Positions 20,004 through 28,411 of a stretch of 64,000 nucleotides of DNA are shown in pieces. Positions within the stretch are counted from its first letter, which is position 1. Every line of letters begins with the position of its first letter. The position numbers and the translations under genes were made by a program. Source of the stretch: Vulcanimicrobiota bacterium (GTDB taxonomy: Bacteria; Vulcanimicrobiota; Vulcanimicrobiia; Vulcanimicrobiales; Vulcanimicrobiaceae); contig CAWHWQ010000005.1 in the NCBI GenBank assembly GCA_963833095.1, positions 64,001-128,000 of the forward strand, read 5' to 3'. The notes under the pieces were generated by a model. It searched no databases, was not told the origin of the DNA, and worked only from the letters and a program-made list of their open reading frames with translations.

Positions 20004-20384
20004 ATGGGACGCAAGCCGAGCGCGACCCTCACCGACGCCGAGCTGCGCATCATGCGCGTGCTCTGGTCGCGAGGCGAGTCGACCAATATGGAGATCGTCA
20101 GCGCGATCGTCGAGCCGCCGCTCGCGCGCAATACGGTGATGACGACGCTTGGGGTGCTCGAGCGCAAGGGATACGTCAAGCATCGGACCGACGGACGCAC
20201 CTTCATTTATAGCACCCTCGTCCCGGAAGAGCGCGCTCGCGGAACGGCGCTGGAAAGCGTGCTGCGCCGCTTCTTCGACGGTTCGGCCGAACAGCTCGTC
20301 GTCAAACTTCTCGATGCCGAATACATCTCGAGCGCCGATCGCAAGCGAATTCAAAAGCTCGTCGATGAGGCGGTCGACGAGTGA
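20004..20384 (+). CDS. BlaI/MecI/CopY-family repressor
   Basis: LTDAELRIMRVLW, TVMTTLGVLERKGYV, GRTFIY and RFFDGS; start moved to ATG 20004. Confidence 0.93.
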   Translation: MGRKPSATLTDAELRIMRVLWSRGESTNMEIVSAIVEPPLARNTVMTTLGVLERKGYVKHRTDGRTFIYSTLVPEERARGTALESVLRRFFDGSAEQLVVKLLDAEYISSADRKRIQKLVDEAVDE

Positions 20385-21592
20385 ACGCCGGAGGGCTTGC
20401 GCCACTCGCGCTTGCAGTGAGCCTTGCGCTTGGCGCTGCGGGCGTCGGCTCGCTCTTTTTGCTGGTGCGCGTTCGATTCCTAAACACAAATGCAAACGCG
20501 CGCTTCGTGCTGTGGCTCGCGCTGCTCGTCGCGCTCGCGTGCGCCGTGCCCGTTTTTGTCGCGAGTGGAAGTGTATCGTTGCAACGTGCACCCTCGGTGA
20601 GCATTGAAACGACGCCATCGGTGGCCTCGTCCCCGCGCGTAAACGTTGCGGACGCGGTCGCGGTGCTGTGGTTCCTCGGGTTTACGCTTTCGCTGCTACG
20701 GGTTTGCGCAGGTGTCGCGCGCCTGCGGCACATCCGCCGCGGCGCTGCCGCCATCGAGATGCGCCCGACGTCCCGCGGACAGGTCATGGTGCTAACGTCC
20801 GAGCACTTCTCGGTTCCGCTAGCGATCGGTTACCATCGGCCCGCGATTTTGATTCCTCGCGCAATGCTCGCGCTCGAACGTACCACCGATTTCGAGAACG
20901 TCCTGCTTCACGAAATCGAGCACCTGCGCCGCTTCGACGACATGACGTCGCTCGTGCAGGCGTTATGCATGTGCGCTTTGTGGTTCAATCCTTTTGCCTA
21001 CTACATCTGCGCGCGCGCGAACATCGAACGCGAGATGGCGTGCGATGAAGCCGTCGTTGCAAAGACCGGCAAGCGCGCCACGTACGCAGCGACGCTTTGG
21101 AAGATCGCGACCGATGCCCAAAACGCCGCGACGCCGGCGCTGATCTCGGCATTTACTTCGCGTTCGCACACGGCTCCGCGTTTGAAGAATCTGCTCGTCG
21201 AGCGCGGCGGGTCGAAGCCGGCGCCGCGATTGCGTTCCTTTTTCGTCGCTGCTTTTGTGGCCATGACGTTCGTCGGCACCGCCGCGCTGGCGCCCGCGAT
21301 GGTAGTTGCGCCTTCACCTCTCACCGACTATACGAGCTTGCGGCTTGCTCACGGACAGACCCTCATCGTCGGCGGGCGCCGCGAAGACGGGGCGCCGTAT
21401 AGCGCCATTCAAGTCTATGATCGCAGCGGCCGGCGCACCGCGCTCCTCGCGATGCCGCTCCCGCGCTGGTCGGCAACCGCGACGCTCTTGCACGACGGCG
21501 ACGTCCTCATCAAGGGCGGCAAAAACGCGACCGGCGCGCTACAGTGTAAGCTCGTCTACGACCCGGCGCGGAACCGCTTCACAAAGACCTAA
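20381..21592 (+). CDS. BlaR1/MecR1-like M56 metallopeptidase with C-terminal Kelch-like repeats
   Basis: TM helices, LLHEIEH (HExxH), WFNP and EREMACDE; tail has LIVGG...VYD and ATATLLHDGDVLIKGG...VYDP. Confidence 0.88.
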   Translation: MNAGGLAPLALAVSLALGAAGVGSLFLLVRVRFLNTNANARFVLWLALLVALACAVPVFVASGSVSLQRAPSVSIETTPSVASSPRVNVADAVAVLWFLGFTLSLLRVCAGVARLRHIRRGAAAIEMRPTSRGQVMVLTSEHFSVPLAIGYHRPAILIPRAMLALERTTDFENVLLHEIEHLRRFDDMTSLVQALCMCALWFNPFAYYICARANIEREMACDEAVVAKTGKRATYAATLWKIATDAQNAATPALISAFTSRSHTAPRLKNLLVERGGSKPAPRLRSFFVAAFVAMTFVGTAALAPAMVVAPSPLTDYTSLRLAHGQTLIVGGRREDGAPYSAIQVYDRSGRRTALLAMPLPRWSATATLLHDGDVLIKGGKNATGALQCKLVYDPARNRFTKT

Positions 21593-21650
21593 CGCCCCGC
21601 CCTCCCCCCGGTGGGGGGTCTGCCTCGCGCGCTGACCGAAGGCCAGATTA

Positions 21651-24029
21651 ATGGCGCAGGTCGAAGTTCGAGGGGCAGCAGCGGTGCGTATGCCCTCCGA
21701 CGTGCGCGGCCTTGCCGCGTACGTGGCTTGGATCGTTCTCATCGCCGGCGCATATGTCGTTTTCGCCCGCATCGGCTTTTCGCTCGCGTTCGGCGTCAAA
21801 CAAATTACCGCCGTGTGGCCGCCCACCGGCATTGCGCTCGCCGCACTCTTTCTCGGCGGCAAACGCCTGTGGCCCGGTGTGTTTCTGGGCGCGTTCATCG
21901 CGAACGTCACCAGCAGCGAGTCGGCGATCACGGCCGGAGCAATTGCCACCGGGAATACGCTTGGTCCCGTCCTGGGCGCGTATCTGCTGCGCCGTTTCAA
22001 TTTCGATCGCGCGTTTGCCCGCGTACGCGACGTTGCCGTGTTCGTCGTGTTCGGCTCGATCCTCGCGATGACCGTGACGGCAACGAACGGCACGTTGCAA
22101 CTCGCGCTCGCCCACATCTTTCCTTGGACGTCGTACGGATCGCAGTGGCTCCTATGGTGGGTCGGCGACGCGTCCGGTGTGCTGCTGGTAGCACCGCTTA
22201 TACTCACCTGGAGCGACGTACGCCGCCACGGAATCCTCGCCGGCGAAGCGACGCCGGTCGAGCTCGCGATTGCAATACCACTCGCATTCGCGTTTGCGTT
22301 TCTCGAATTTTTCTCGCGGCTCCCGATGGCGTTTCCACTTTACCCATTCGTCGTCTGGGCGGCGCTGCGGACCGGCGCACGCATCATGTCGGCGCTGATG
22401 CTCGTCATTGCCTCGATCGCGCTCTGGGCGACGGTCCACAATTTCGGCCCGTTCACGGCGCTCTCGCTCAACGGCCGCATGATCGCCTTTGTGGTCTTCA
22501 CCGCGGTCCTCGCCATTACCGGACTCGTACTGAGCGCAATAACCGCTGAGCGCCGCACTGCACTCGAGCAGATGCAGGCTGCCGAGCGCCGCTTCAAAGT
22601 CCTGGCCGAGACGCTGCCCCAGATGGTCTGGACGGCCGATCCCTCGGGAACCATCGACTGGCTCAATCAGCGCTGGCACCAGTTCACCGGTTCGGACGAC
22701 CTTTCGCTTGGGGTCGCTGATTGGGGACACCTAATCGCCGCCGGAAAGCCGTTCGAACGCGAGTTACTCCTGCGCCGGGCTGACGGCGTGTCGCGATGGT
22801 TTCTCATGCGAGCCGAGCCGATGCGCGACAATCGCGGCGCAATCGTTCGGTGGTACGGAACGCACACCGACATCGACGATCAACGCCGCGCGTTCGAACG
22901 CACGGCACGCATCGCGACCACGCTGCAATCGGCGTTCCTTCCGCAGTCGCTTCCCGAGCATCCTCACATGCGCTTCGACGCGCTCTATCTCACGGCGGGC
23001 CAAGAGGTGCTCATCGGGGGTGATTGGTACGACGCGTTCGCGCTTCCCGATGGGAGCATCGTCATCTCAATCGGCGACGTCACCGGGCACGGCCTCAATG
23101 CCGCCGTCAGCGCGGGACGCATCCGACAGAGCATCGTCGCAACCGCCATCGACAAGAACGATCCCGCCGAGATTCTCACCAAAGTGAACCGTTTGCTGCA
23201 GTTGCACGATCCTACCGTTGCAACTGCGCTCGTTGCGCTCATCGATCGCGATGCGCTCACGCTGCGCTACGCAAGTGCGGGTCATCCCTCGCCGATCCTC
23301 GCCGGTCCGAATGCGCGTGCGCACCAGTTGCCCTACGGTTCGCTTCCACTCGGCGTGGCCGGCGCCACCGAATATCGCAGCCACACGGTTCCGCTGGAAC
23401 CCGAGAGCGTTGTGGTCTTTTACACCGACGGCATCACCGAGTTCTCGCGCGAAATCGACGCCACCGAGCGCACGCTGCGCAGTGCAATCGACGCGCTCGT
23501 CGCCAAACCTTCGCCTCGACCGGCCGAAGCGATTCGCCGCGCCGTGCTCGGCAACGAGGCCCCCAGCGACGACGCCGTGCTAGTGGTTTTGCGCGTGGCG
23601 CCGGCTACCGATGCGGTGACCGCCGACGAGATCAACCTGCGCCAAAGCTGGAGCTTCCACTCCAGCCACGCCTACTCGGCGCACAGCGCGCGGCACGAAG
23701 TGATGCAGTTCATCGAACGCCTCGCCAAAGCCGATGCGGATCTCTTCACCGCCGAGCTTATCGTCGGCGAAATTCTTGCCAATACGGTCGAACACGCGCC
23801 GGGCCTGGTCAATATGGAGGTGGACTGGTCGGACGCCGCACCGGTCGTGACCGTGGTCGACACGGGCCCCGGTCTCGAGAAGTTCGTCGCGCTGCTTCCC
23901 GATGACGCGCTTACCGAAGATGGACGCGGCCTCTTCTTGGTCAAGACCTTAGCAAATGAAGTTCGCGTGGAATCGGATCAAGGCTACGGCACGAAGATGA
24001 CGGTCGTGCTGCCGATCGCTCGCAGCTAA
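21651..24029 (+). CDS. MASE1-PAS-SpoIIE(PP2C)-HATPase_c multidomain signalling protein
   Basis: VWPPTGIALA and WWVGDA (MASE1); WYGTHTDI (PAC); GGDWYD, GDVTGHG, YTDG and SDDA (PP2C); EILANTVEHA and GRGLFLV (RsbW-like). Confidence 0.9.
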   Translation: MAQVEVRGAAAVRMPSDVRGLAAYVAWIVLIAGAYVVFARIGFSLAFGVKQITAVWPPTGIALAALFLGGKRLWPGVFLGAFIANVTSSESAITAGAIATGNTLGPVLGAYLLRRFNFDRAFARVRDVAVFVVFGSILAMTVTATNGTLQLALAHIFPWTSYGSQWLLWWVGDASGVLLVAPLILTWSDVRRHGILAGEATPVELAIAIPLAFAFAFLEFFSRLPMAFPLYPFVVWAALRTGARIMSALMLVIASIALWATVHNFGPFTALSLNGRMIAFVVFTAVLAITGLVLSAITAERRTALEQMQAAERRFKVLAETLPQMVWTADPSGTIDWLNQRWHQFTGSDDLSLGVADWGHLIAAGKPFERELLLRRADGVSRWFLMRAEPMRDNRGAIVRWYGTHTDIDDQRRAFERTARIATTLQSAFLPQSLPEHPHMRFDALYLTAGQEVLIGGDWYDAFALPDGSIVISIGDVTGHGLNAAVSAGRIRQSIVATAIDKNDPAEILTKVNRLLQLHDPTVATALVALIDRDALTLRYASAGHPSPILAGPNARAHQLPYGSLPLGVAGATEYRSHTVPLEPESVVVFYTDGITEFSREIDATERTLRSAIDALVAKPSPRPAEAIRRAVLGNEAPSDDAVLVVLRVAPATDAVTADEINLRQSWSFHSSHAYSAHSARHEVMQFIERLAKADADLFTAELIVGEILANTVEHAPGLVNMEVDWSDAAPVVTVVDTGPGLEKFVALLPDDALTEDGRGLFLVKTLANEVRVESDQGYGTKMTVVLPIARS

Positions 24030-24035
24030 ACGCCC

Positions 24036-24728
24036 CTAAACACCGAGAAATTCGAGCAGCTCGCGCTCGCGGCTGCGCACTTCCTCGCTTCCCAGCGTCT
24101 GCGTCACCCGACCATTCACGACGATATGGTGCCGATCGGCGACGCCGGCCGCGAATCGCACGTTTTGCTCGACCAGCAGCACCGAAAGCCCCGCGGCCTT
24201 CATCTCGAGAATCACTTCGCCGATACGCTCGACCAGCACCGGTGCAAGTCCCTCGGTCGGCTCGTCCAGCAGGATCGTCTGCGCTCCCGAGCGCAGCGCG
24301 CGCGCGATTGCCAGCATCTGCTGCTCGCCCCCCGAGAGCGTCGTTCCGACCGCGGAAGCACGTTCGCGCAGATTGGGAAACGTCTCGAAGATCCGCTCGG
24401 TGCTCCAGCCTCCCGGCGCGATAACCGGCGCGAAGAGCAGGTTCTCGCGCACGCTTAGCGTCGAAAAAATGCCCCGCTCTTCGGGAACGTAGGCGATGCC
24501 GCGGTGCGCGATACGATCCGACGAGAGCCCCGAGATCGTTTCACCGCTAAACTCGATGGTTCCCGATCGCGGCTCGACGATGCCCATGATCGCGCGCAGC
24601 GTCGTCGTTTTCCCGACGCCGTTTCTTCCGATCAAGGTCGCGACCTCGCCGTCGCGCACGTCGAACGACATGCCGTGGAGAATGTGCGCCTCATCGTAGT
24701 ACGCCTGCACGTCGCGTAATACCAACAT
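24036..24728 (-). CDS. ABC ATP-binding protein (LivF family)
   Basis: GRNGVGKT, LSGGEQQ and LDEPTEGL. Confidence 0.93.
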   Translation of the reverse strand: MLVLRDVQAYYDEAHILHGMSFDVRDGEVATLIGRNGVGKTTTLRAIMGIVEPRSGTIEFSGETISGLSSDRIAHRGIAYVPEERGIFSTLSVRENLLFAPVIAPGGWSTERIFETFPNLRERASAVGTTLSGGEQQMLAIARALRSGAQTILLDEPTEGLAPVLVERIGEVILEMKAAGLSVLLVEQNVRFAAGVADRHHIVVNGRVTQTLGSEEVRSRERELLEFLGV

Positions 24729-24732
24729 GGCT

Positions 24733-25494
24733 TTAGTGCTTGGCTCCCCCGAGATAGGCTTCGATCACGCGCTCGTCGGCACGCACTTCGTCGTAACGGC
24801 CTTCGGCGAGAACTTTGCCGCGCGCGAGGACCGTGACCCGATCGCACAGATGCTCGACGACGCGAAGATTGTGTTCCACCAGCACAACGGTCCGCGCGCG
24901 CGCGATCTCGCGGATAAGCGCGATGGTTCGCTCGACGTCCTCGGCCCCCATGCCCGCAGTCGGCTCATCCAGCAGCAACACCGATGGTTCTTGCGAAACG
25001 GCAATCGCCAGCTCGAGCGCGCGCTTTTTCCCATACGCGAGATTGGCCGCCGGCGTGTCGCACTCGTCTTCGATTCCGACGGACGCCAGCGTGCGACGCG
25101 CCGGCTCATCGAACACCGCGGCAGCGCGCGCCGTTTCGAGAAGCCTCCACGAAAGATTCGAGTGCGATTGAAGCGCGATCTTCACGTTTTCGAGCGCGGT
25201 GGAATGAGGAAAGATGCTGCTGATCTGAAAGCTTCGCACCACGCCCATGCGCGCAATCGATGCGGGATCGAGCTTGGTCGTATCCTCGTTGCCGATCGTC
25301 ACGCGTCCGGATGTCGCCTGCACGAAGCCCGAAAGAACGCCGAGCAGCGTGCTCTTTCCGGCGCCGTTGGGACCAATAACGGCGTGAATCGATCCTTCAC
25401 GCACACCGAAGCTGAGTCCGTCGAGCGCGCGAAACCCCGAATAGGACTTGACGATGTCATGCGCGCGAAGGCGCGGCTGCACAGACGCCTGCAT
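24733..25494 (-). CDS. ABC ATP-binding protein (LivG family)
   Basis: GPNGAGKS, RSFQI, LAYGKKR and LDEPTAGM. Confidence 0.93.
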   Translation of the reverse strand: MQASVQPRLRAHDIVKSYSGFRALDGLSFGVREGSIHAVIGPNGAGKSTLLGVLSGFVQATSGRVTIGNEDTTKLDPASIARMGVVRSFQISSIFPHSTALENVKIALQSHSNLSWRLLETARAAAVFDEPARRTLASVGIEDECDTPAANLAYGKKRALELAIAVSQEPSVLLLDEPTAGMGAEDVERTIALIREIARARTVVLVEHNLRVVEHLCDRVTVLARGKVLAEGRYDEVRADERVIEAYLGGAKH

Positions 25495-25532
25495 TGCATC
25501 TTACCTAACCACGCCCGATTGACTTGCCGCAA

Positions 25533-25578
25533 TACCCCCGAAATGGTGTATTCGCAAGCGGTCGCGCCCTGCCAGACT
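25533..25578 (+). promoter_or_regulatory. 18-bp regulator site copy 1 plus extended -10
   Basis: TACCCCCGAAATGGTGTA (25533-25550); hexamer CAGACT 22 nt later, preceded by TGC. Confidence 0.65.
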
Positions 25579-25598
25579 CAAGGTCGGAGGTACTCGTA

Positions 25599-26381
25599 TT
25601 GAGGTTGGCGGGAAAAGTCGCCCTGATCACCGGTGCTGCAAGCGGTATCGGACTCGAAATCGCTCGGACGATGGCGCGTGAGGGCGCCGCCGTCGCGATT
25701 GCCGATATTTCGCTCGACGGAGCGCAGGCCGCCGTAGCGCAGATTGAGCGCGAGCACGGCCGCGCCATCGCCGTCGACATGGATGTGACCGACGAAGAGC
25801 AGGTCGCTTCGGGCGTGAACCGGACGACCGCCGCGTTCGGCGGCCTCGATATTGTGGTAAGCAACGCCGGCATCCAGCATATCGCGCCCATTCACGAACT
25901 TGCCTATGCGGATTGGCGACGAGTCGTCCGCATCCACCTCGACGCGGCGTTCCTGGTGACTCGGGCGGCCCTCCAGCATATGTACGCGCGGCACAAAGGC
26001 GGATCGATCATCTACATGGGATCGGTACATTCTAAGGAAGCGTCGCCCCTCAAAGCCCCGTATGTGGCGGCCAAGCACGGTCTGCTTGGTCTAGCTCGCA
26101 CCGTCGCCAAAGAGGGCGCGCAATTCGGGGTGCGCTCGAACGTCGTCTGCCCAGGCTTCGTGCGGACCCCGTTGGTCGAGCGCCAGATTCCCGAGCAAGC
26201 GGCGGCCCTGGGCATTTCAGAGGCTGACGTCATTAAGAACGTGATGCTTAAAGAAACCGTCGACGGCGAGTTCACCACGACGGTAGACGTAGCAGAGACA
26301 ACAGTATTCTTAGCAGCATTTCCCAGCAATGCGCTGACCGGACAATCGATTGTGGTCAGCCACGGTTGGAACATGGAGTAA
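25599..26381 (+). CDS. bdhA: 3-hydroxybutyrate dehydrogenase (SDR)
   Basis: [35 protein letters not shown] and [17 protein letters not shown] start after GGAGG. Confidence 0.92.
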   Translation: MRLAGKVALITGAASGIGLEIARTMAREGAAVAIADISLDGAQAAVAQIEREHGRAIAVDMDVTDEEQVASGVNRTTAAFGGLDIVVSNAGIQHIAPIHELAYADWRRVVRIHLDAAFLVTRAALQHMYARHKGGSIIYMGSVHSKEASPLKAPYVAAKHGLLGLARTVAKEGAQFGVRSNVVCPGFVRTPLVERQIPEQAAALGISEADVIKNVMLKETVDGEFTTTVDVAETTVFLAAFPSNALTGQSIVVSHGWNME

Positions 26382-26426
26382 TACCTCCCTTAGGGTGTAG
26401 ATAGGAAAACGCGTTTGTGGGATAAT
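26382..26426 (+). promoter_or_regulatory. 18-bp regulator site copy 2 plus extended -10
   Basis: TACCTCCCTTAGGGTGTA (26382-26399); hexamer GATAAT 21 nt later, preceded by TGG. Confidence 0.65.
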
Positions 26427-26501
26427 ATTCCTTAACCAGAGGGGCCGGAAGCATAAGCGCTCGGCCACCTTTCGTGATGATGATGATTGATTGGAGGCAC
26501 A

Positions 26502-27551
26502 ATGAATCGCACTCAAGTTGCGATTGCTAGCCTCGTGCTAGCAGCGTTCGCAATTCTTATACCGGCGACCGCGTCGGCAGCCCAGCAACGCTGGACTCTG
26601 GATATTAGTCCGGTGTACTTCCAGGATAATACCGGCGACTCACAAGCCCCGCCGCTGGGGCCGAATTACACGCCGCTCTATTGCCCGAACGGTTCGTCGG
26701 CGTGTCCGTCGTACGGCTATCCGCAGACCACGCGAAACTTTCGGCTCGACTACGACCTGACGTACCAGCTCAATCGCCGGTGGAGCCTGAATTACTCCCA
26801 CGCCAACTTCGACTTCACCCTCGGCCGTCTCTCGACGGTTCCGACGGGGCTCCCCGTGGGGTACCCGCAAAATTTCTCGGCGCTCACGGGCAGCATCAAC
26901 GACATAACCGATCAAGGGACGGTATCCTACGCTGCAGGCCACGGACTTACGCTCACCGCGTTCTACGCCAGCCACCAGCGCTCGCAGATCACTGCGACGA
27001 ACCTCTACGGCCCGTGCTACTTCAACTCGGTCCAATGCGTCGGCAATACGTCAAACCCGTCGAGCATTAACTCGAATTACTGGGGCGTAACTGGAACGTA
27101 TTCGTTTGGACCGCACACCGCGTATGAGCCGCCGATGTTCAAGGTCGGCGCACAGATCAACTACTATCCGCGCCCGTCAGCCGGTAACTGTGGCACCGCG
27201 CTTGCGCAGGCGGCCTGCGGCAGCAACGGCATCAACGGTTATGTCGGAAGCGGCACGACCTATCCGTGGTCGTTCACCTTCTTCCCGTTCTCGAATTCGC
27301 ATCTGCTGCAACCGGGCACGATCCCGTTCATCGGATACGAAGCTGCCAGCGTGTGGTTCCATGGTGAGAACACGCCGGAAACCTACAACGTCGTCGATGC
27401 GGGCATCGTACAGATTCTCCCGCACGGGCTTTCGCTGAGCTACACCTACTTCAAGCTCAACGGCCGCCAATCGAGCGACACGGTTCCCCCGCCGGATACG
27501 ATCCGCTCGGCAACCAGCATCGTCAAACTGACCTACGCACTCCACTTCTAA
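26502..27551 (+). CDS. Secreted protein, probable outer-membrane beta-barrel of unknown family
   Basis: Signal peptide, alternating aromatic strands, three Cys pairs and C-terminal VKLTYALHF; GGAGG RBS. Confidence 0.7.
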   Translation: MNRTQVAIASLVLAAFAILIPATASAAQQRWTLDISPVYFQDNTGDSQAPPLGPNYTPLYCPNGSSACPSYGYPQTTRNFRLDYDLTYQLNRRWSLNYSHANFDFTLGRLSTVPTGLPVGYPQNFSALTGSINDITDQGTVSYAAGHGLTLTAFYASHQRSQITATNLYGPCYFNSVQCVGNTSNPSSINSNYWGVTGTYSFGPHTAYEPPMFKVGAQINYYPRPSAGNCGTALAQAACGSNGINGYVGSGTTYPWSFTFFPFSNSHLLQPGTIPFIGYEAASVWFHGENTPETYNVVDAGIVQILPHGLSLSYTYFKLNGRQSSDTVPPPDTIRSATSIVKLTYALHF

Positions 27552-27572
27552 CCGAGAAGCGGATACATGAAA

Positions 27573-27614
27573 GAAGCCCCGATCGTTCGATCGGGGCTTC
27601 TCTTCTTTTGTTTT
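27573..27614 (+). terminator. Intrinsic terminator
   Basis: GAAGCCCCGATCG-TT-CGATCGGGGCTTC followed by a T-rich tail. Confidence 0.85.
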
Positions 27615-27779
27615 GTCATCCCGAGCGGAGGCACGTAGCGCCGAAGTCGAGGGACCGTCTTACGTCCTTGCCTTCGACATTCGGCCTCACTAAGCGCCTC
27701 GCGTCTCGCACAAAGCTACATTGTCAGGGTGCTCGCCGCTCGGCTAACCCGTTCAGCCGAACGTCGAAGGCAAGGACGT
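27614..27779. repeat. REP/MITE-like palindromic element(s)
   Basis: TGTCATCCCGAGCGGAG...GAAGTCGAGGGAC, then 24-bp inverted repeats (23/24 match) at 27662-27685 and 27756-27779. Confidence 0.7.
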
Positions 27780-27787
27780 GCAAGGGT

Positions 27788-28411
27788 TTACAGAAGTCCC
27801 GCTTCCCTAGCTCGCGATATCGCTTCGACCCGATTGCGCGCATCGAGTTTTTGCATGAGATTGCGCAGATACGCTTTGACCGTATTCGGACTGAGGTGCA
27901 TCGCTTGCGCAATTTCGTGATTCGTTTCACCGATCGCAACGCGCCGCAGCACGTCATATTCTCTGCGCCCAACCATGGTACGCGCTCGATTGGGAATCGA
28001 ATGCCCTAGGCCGGCCGTTTCTTCACCGCGCATCGCGCCCACGATGACTGCGGCGAGATCGGTGCGCGCGGCGTCCTTGGCGACGATTCCACAGGCGCCG
28101 GCCTCGAGCGCAGCGCAGACCGCGGGATGATCCGGATACGCCGTAAAGATCACGATGCGCGCGTCGGGCACGGCGCGACGCAGCATGCCGATGAGTTCGG
28201 GTGCGAGCATATCGGGGAGTCGCAGATCGCATAAGATGACGTGCGGCGCCGCCGATTCCACCAGCTCGACCGCGGCCTTGCCGCTGGAGGCATAGCCAAC
28301 GAGTTCGATCCGCCGGTTCGACGTCGCCAGCAACGCCACACCGTCGCGAACGACCGGATGATCGTCGATGACGAGAAGGCGAATCGGCGCGAGCATGGTC
28401 GAGGTATTCAA
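27788..28411 (-). CDS. NarL/LuxR-family response regulator
   Basis: IDDHPVVRDG, CDLRLPD and HTH TNHEIAQAMHLSPNTVK; start is TTG 28411 or ATG 28396. Confidence 0.93.
   Translation of the reverse strand: MNTSTMLAPIRLLVIDDHPVVRDGVALLATSNRRIELVGYASSGKAAVELVESAAPHVILCDLRLPDMLAPELIGMLRRAVPDARIVIFTAYPDHPAVCAALEAGACGIVAKDAARTDLAAVIVGAMRGEETAGLGHSIPNRARTMVGRREYDVLRRVAIGETNHEIAQAMHLSPNTVKAYLRNLMQKLDARNRVEAISRAREAGLL

Noticed and set aside
18920..20206. Long antisense or alternate-frame ORFs (this 428-aa one, also 28492..29616, 51387..52679, 52253..53500 and many more)
   Set aside because: They are shadows of well-supported genes in high-GC DNA, Arg/Ala/Pro-rich and without recognisable motifs.
20004..21592. 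Beta-lactam resistance locus
   Set aside because: There is no beta-lactamase or PBP gene, and the M56 protein lacks a penicillin-binding domain.
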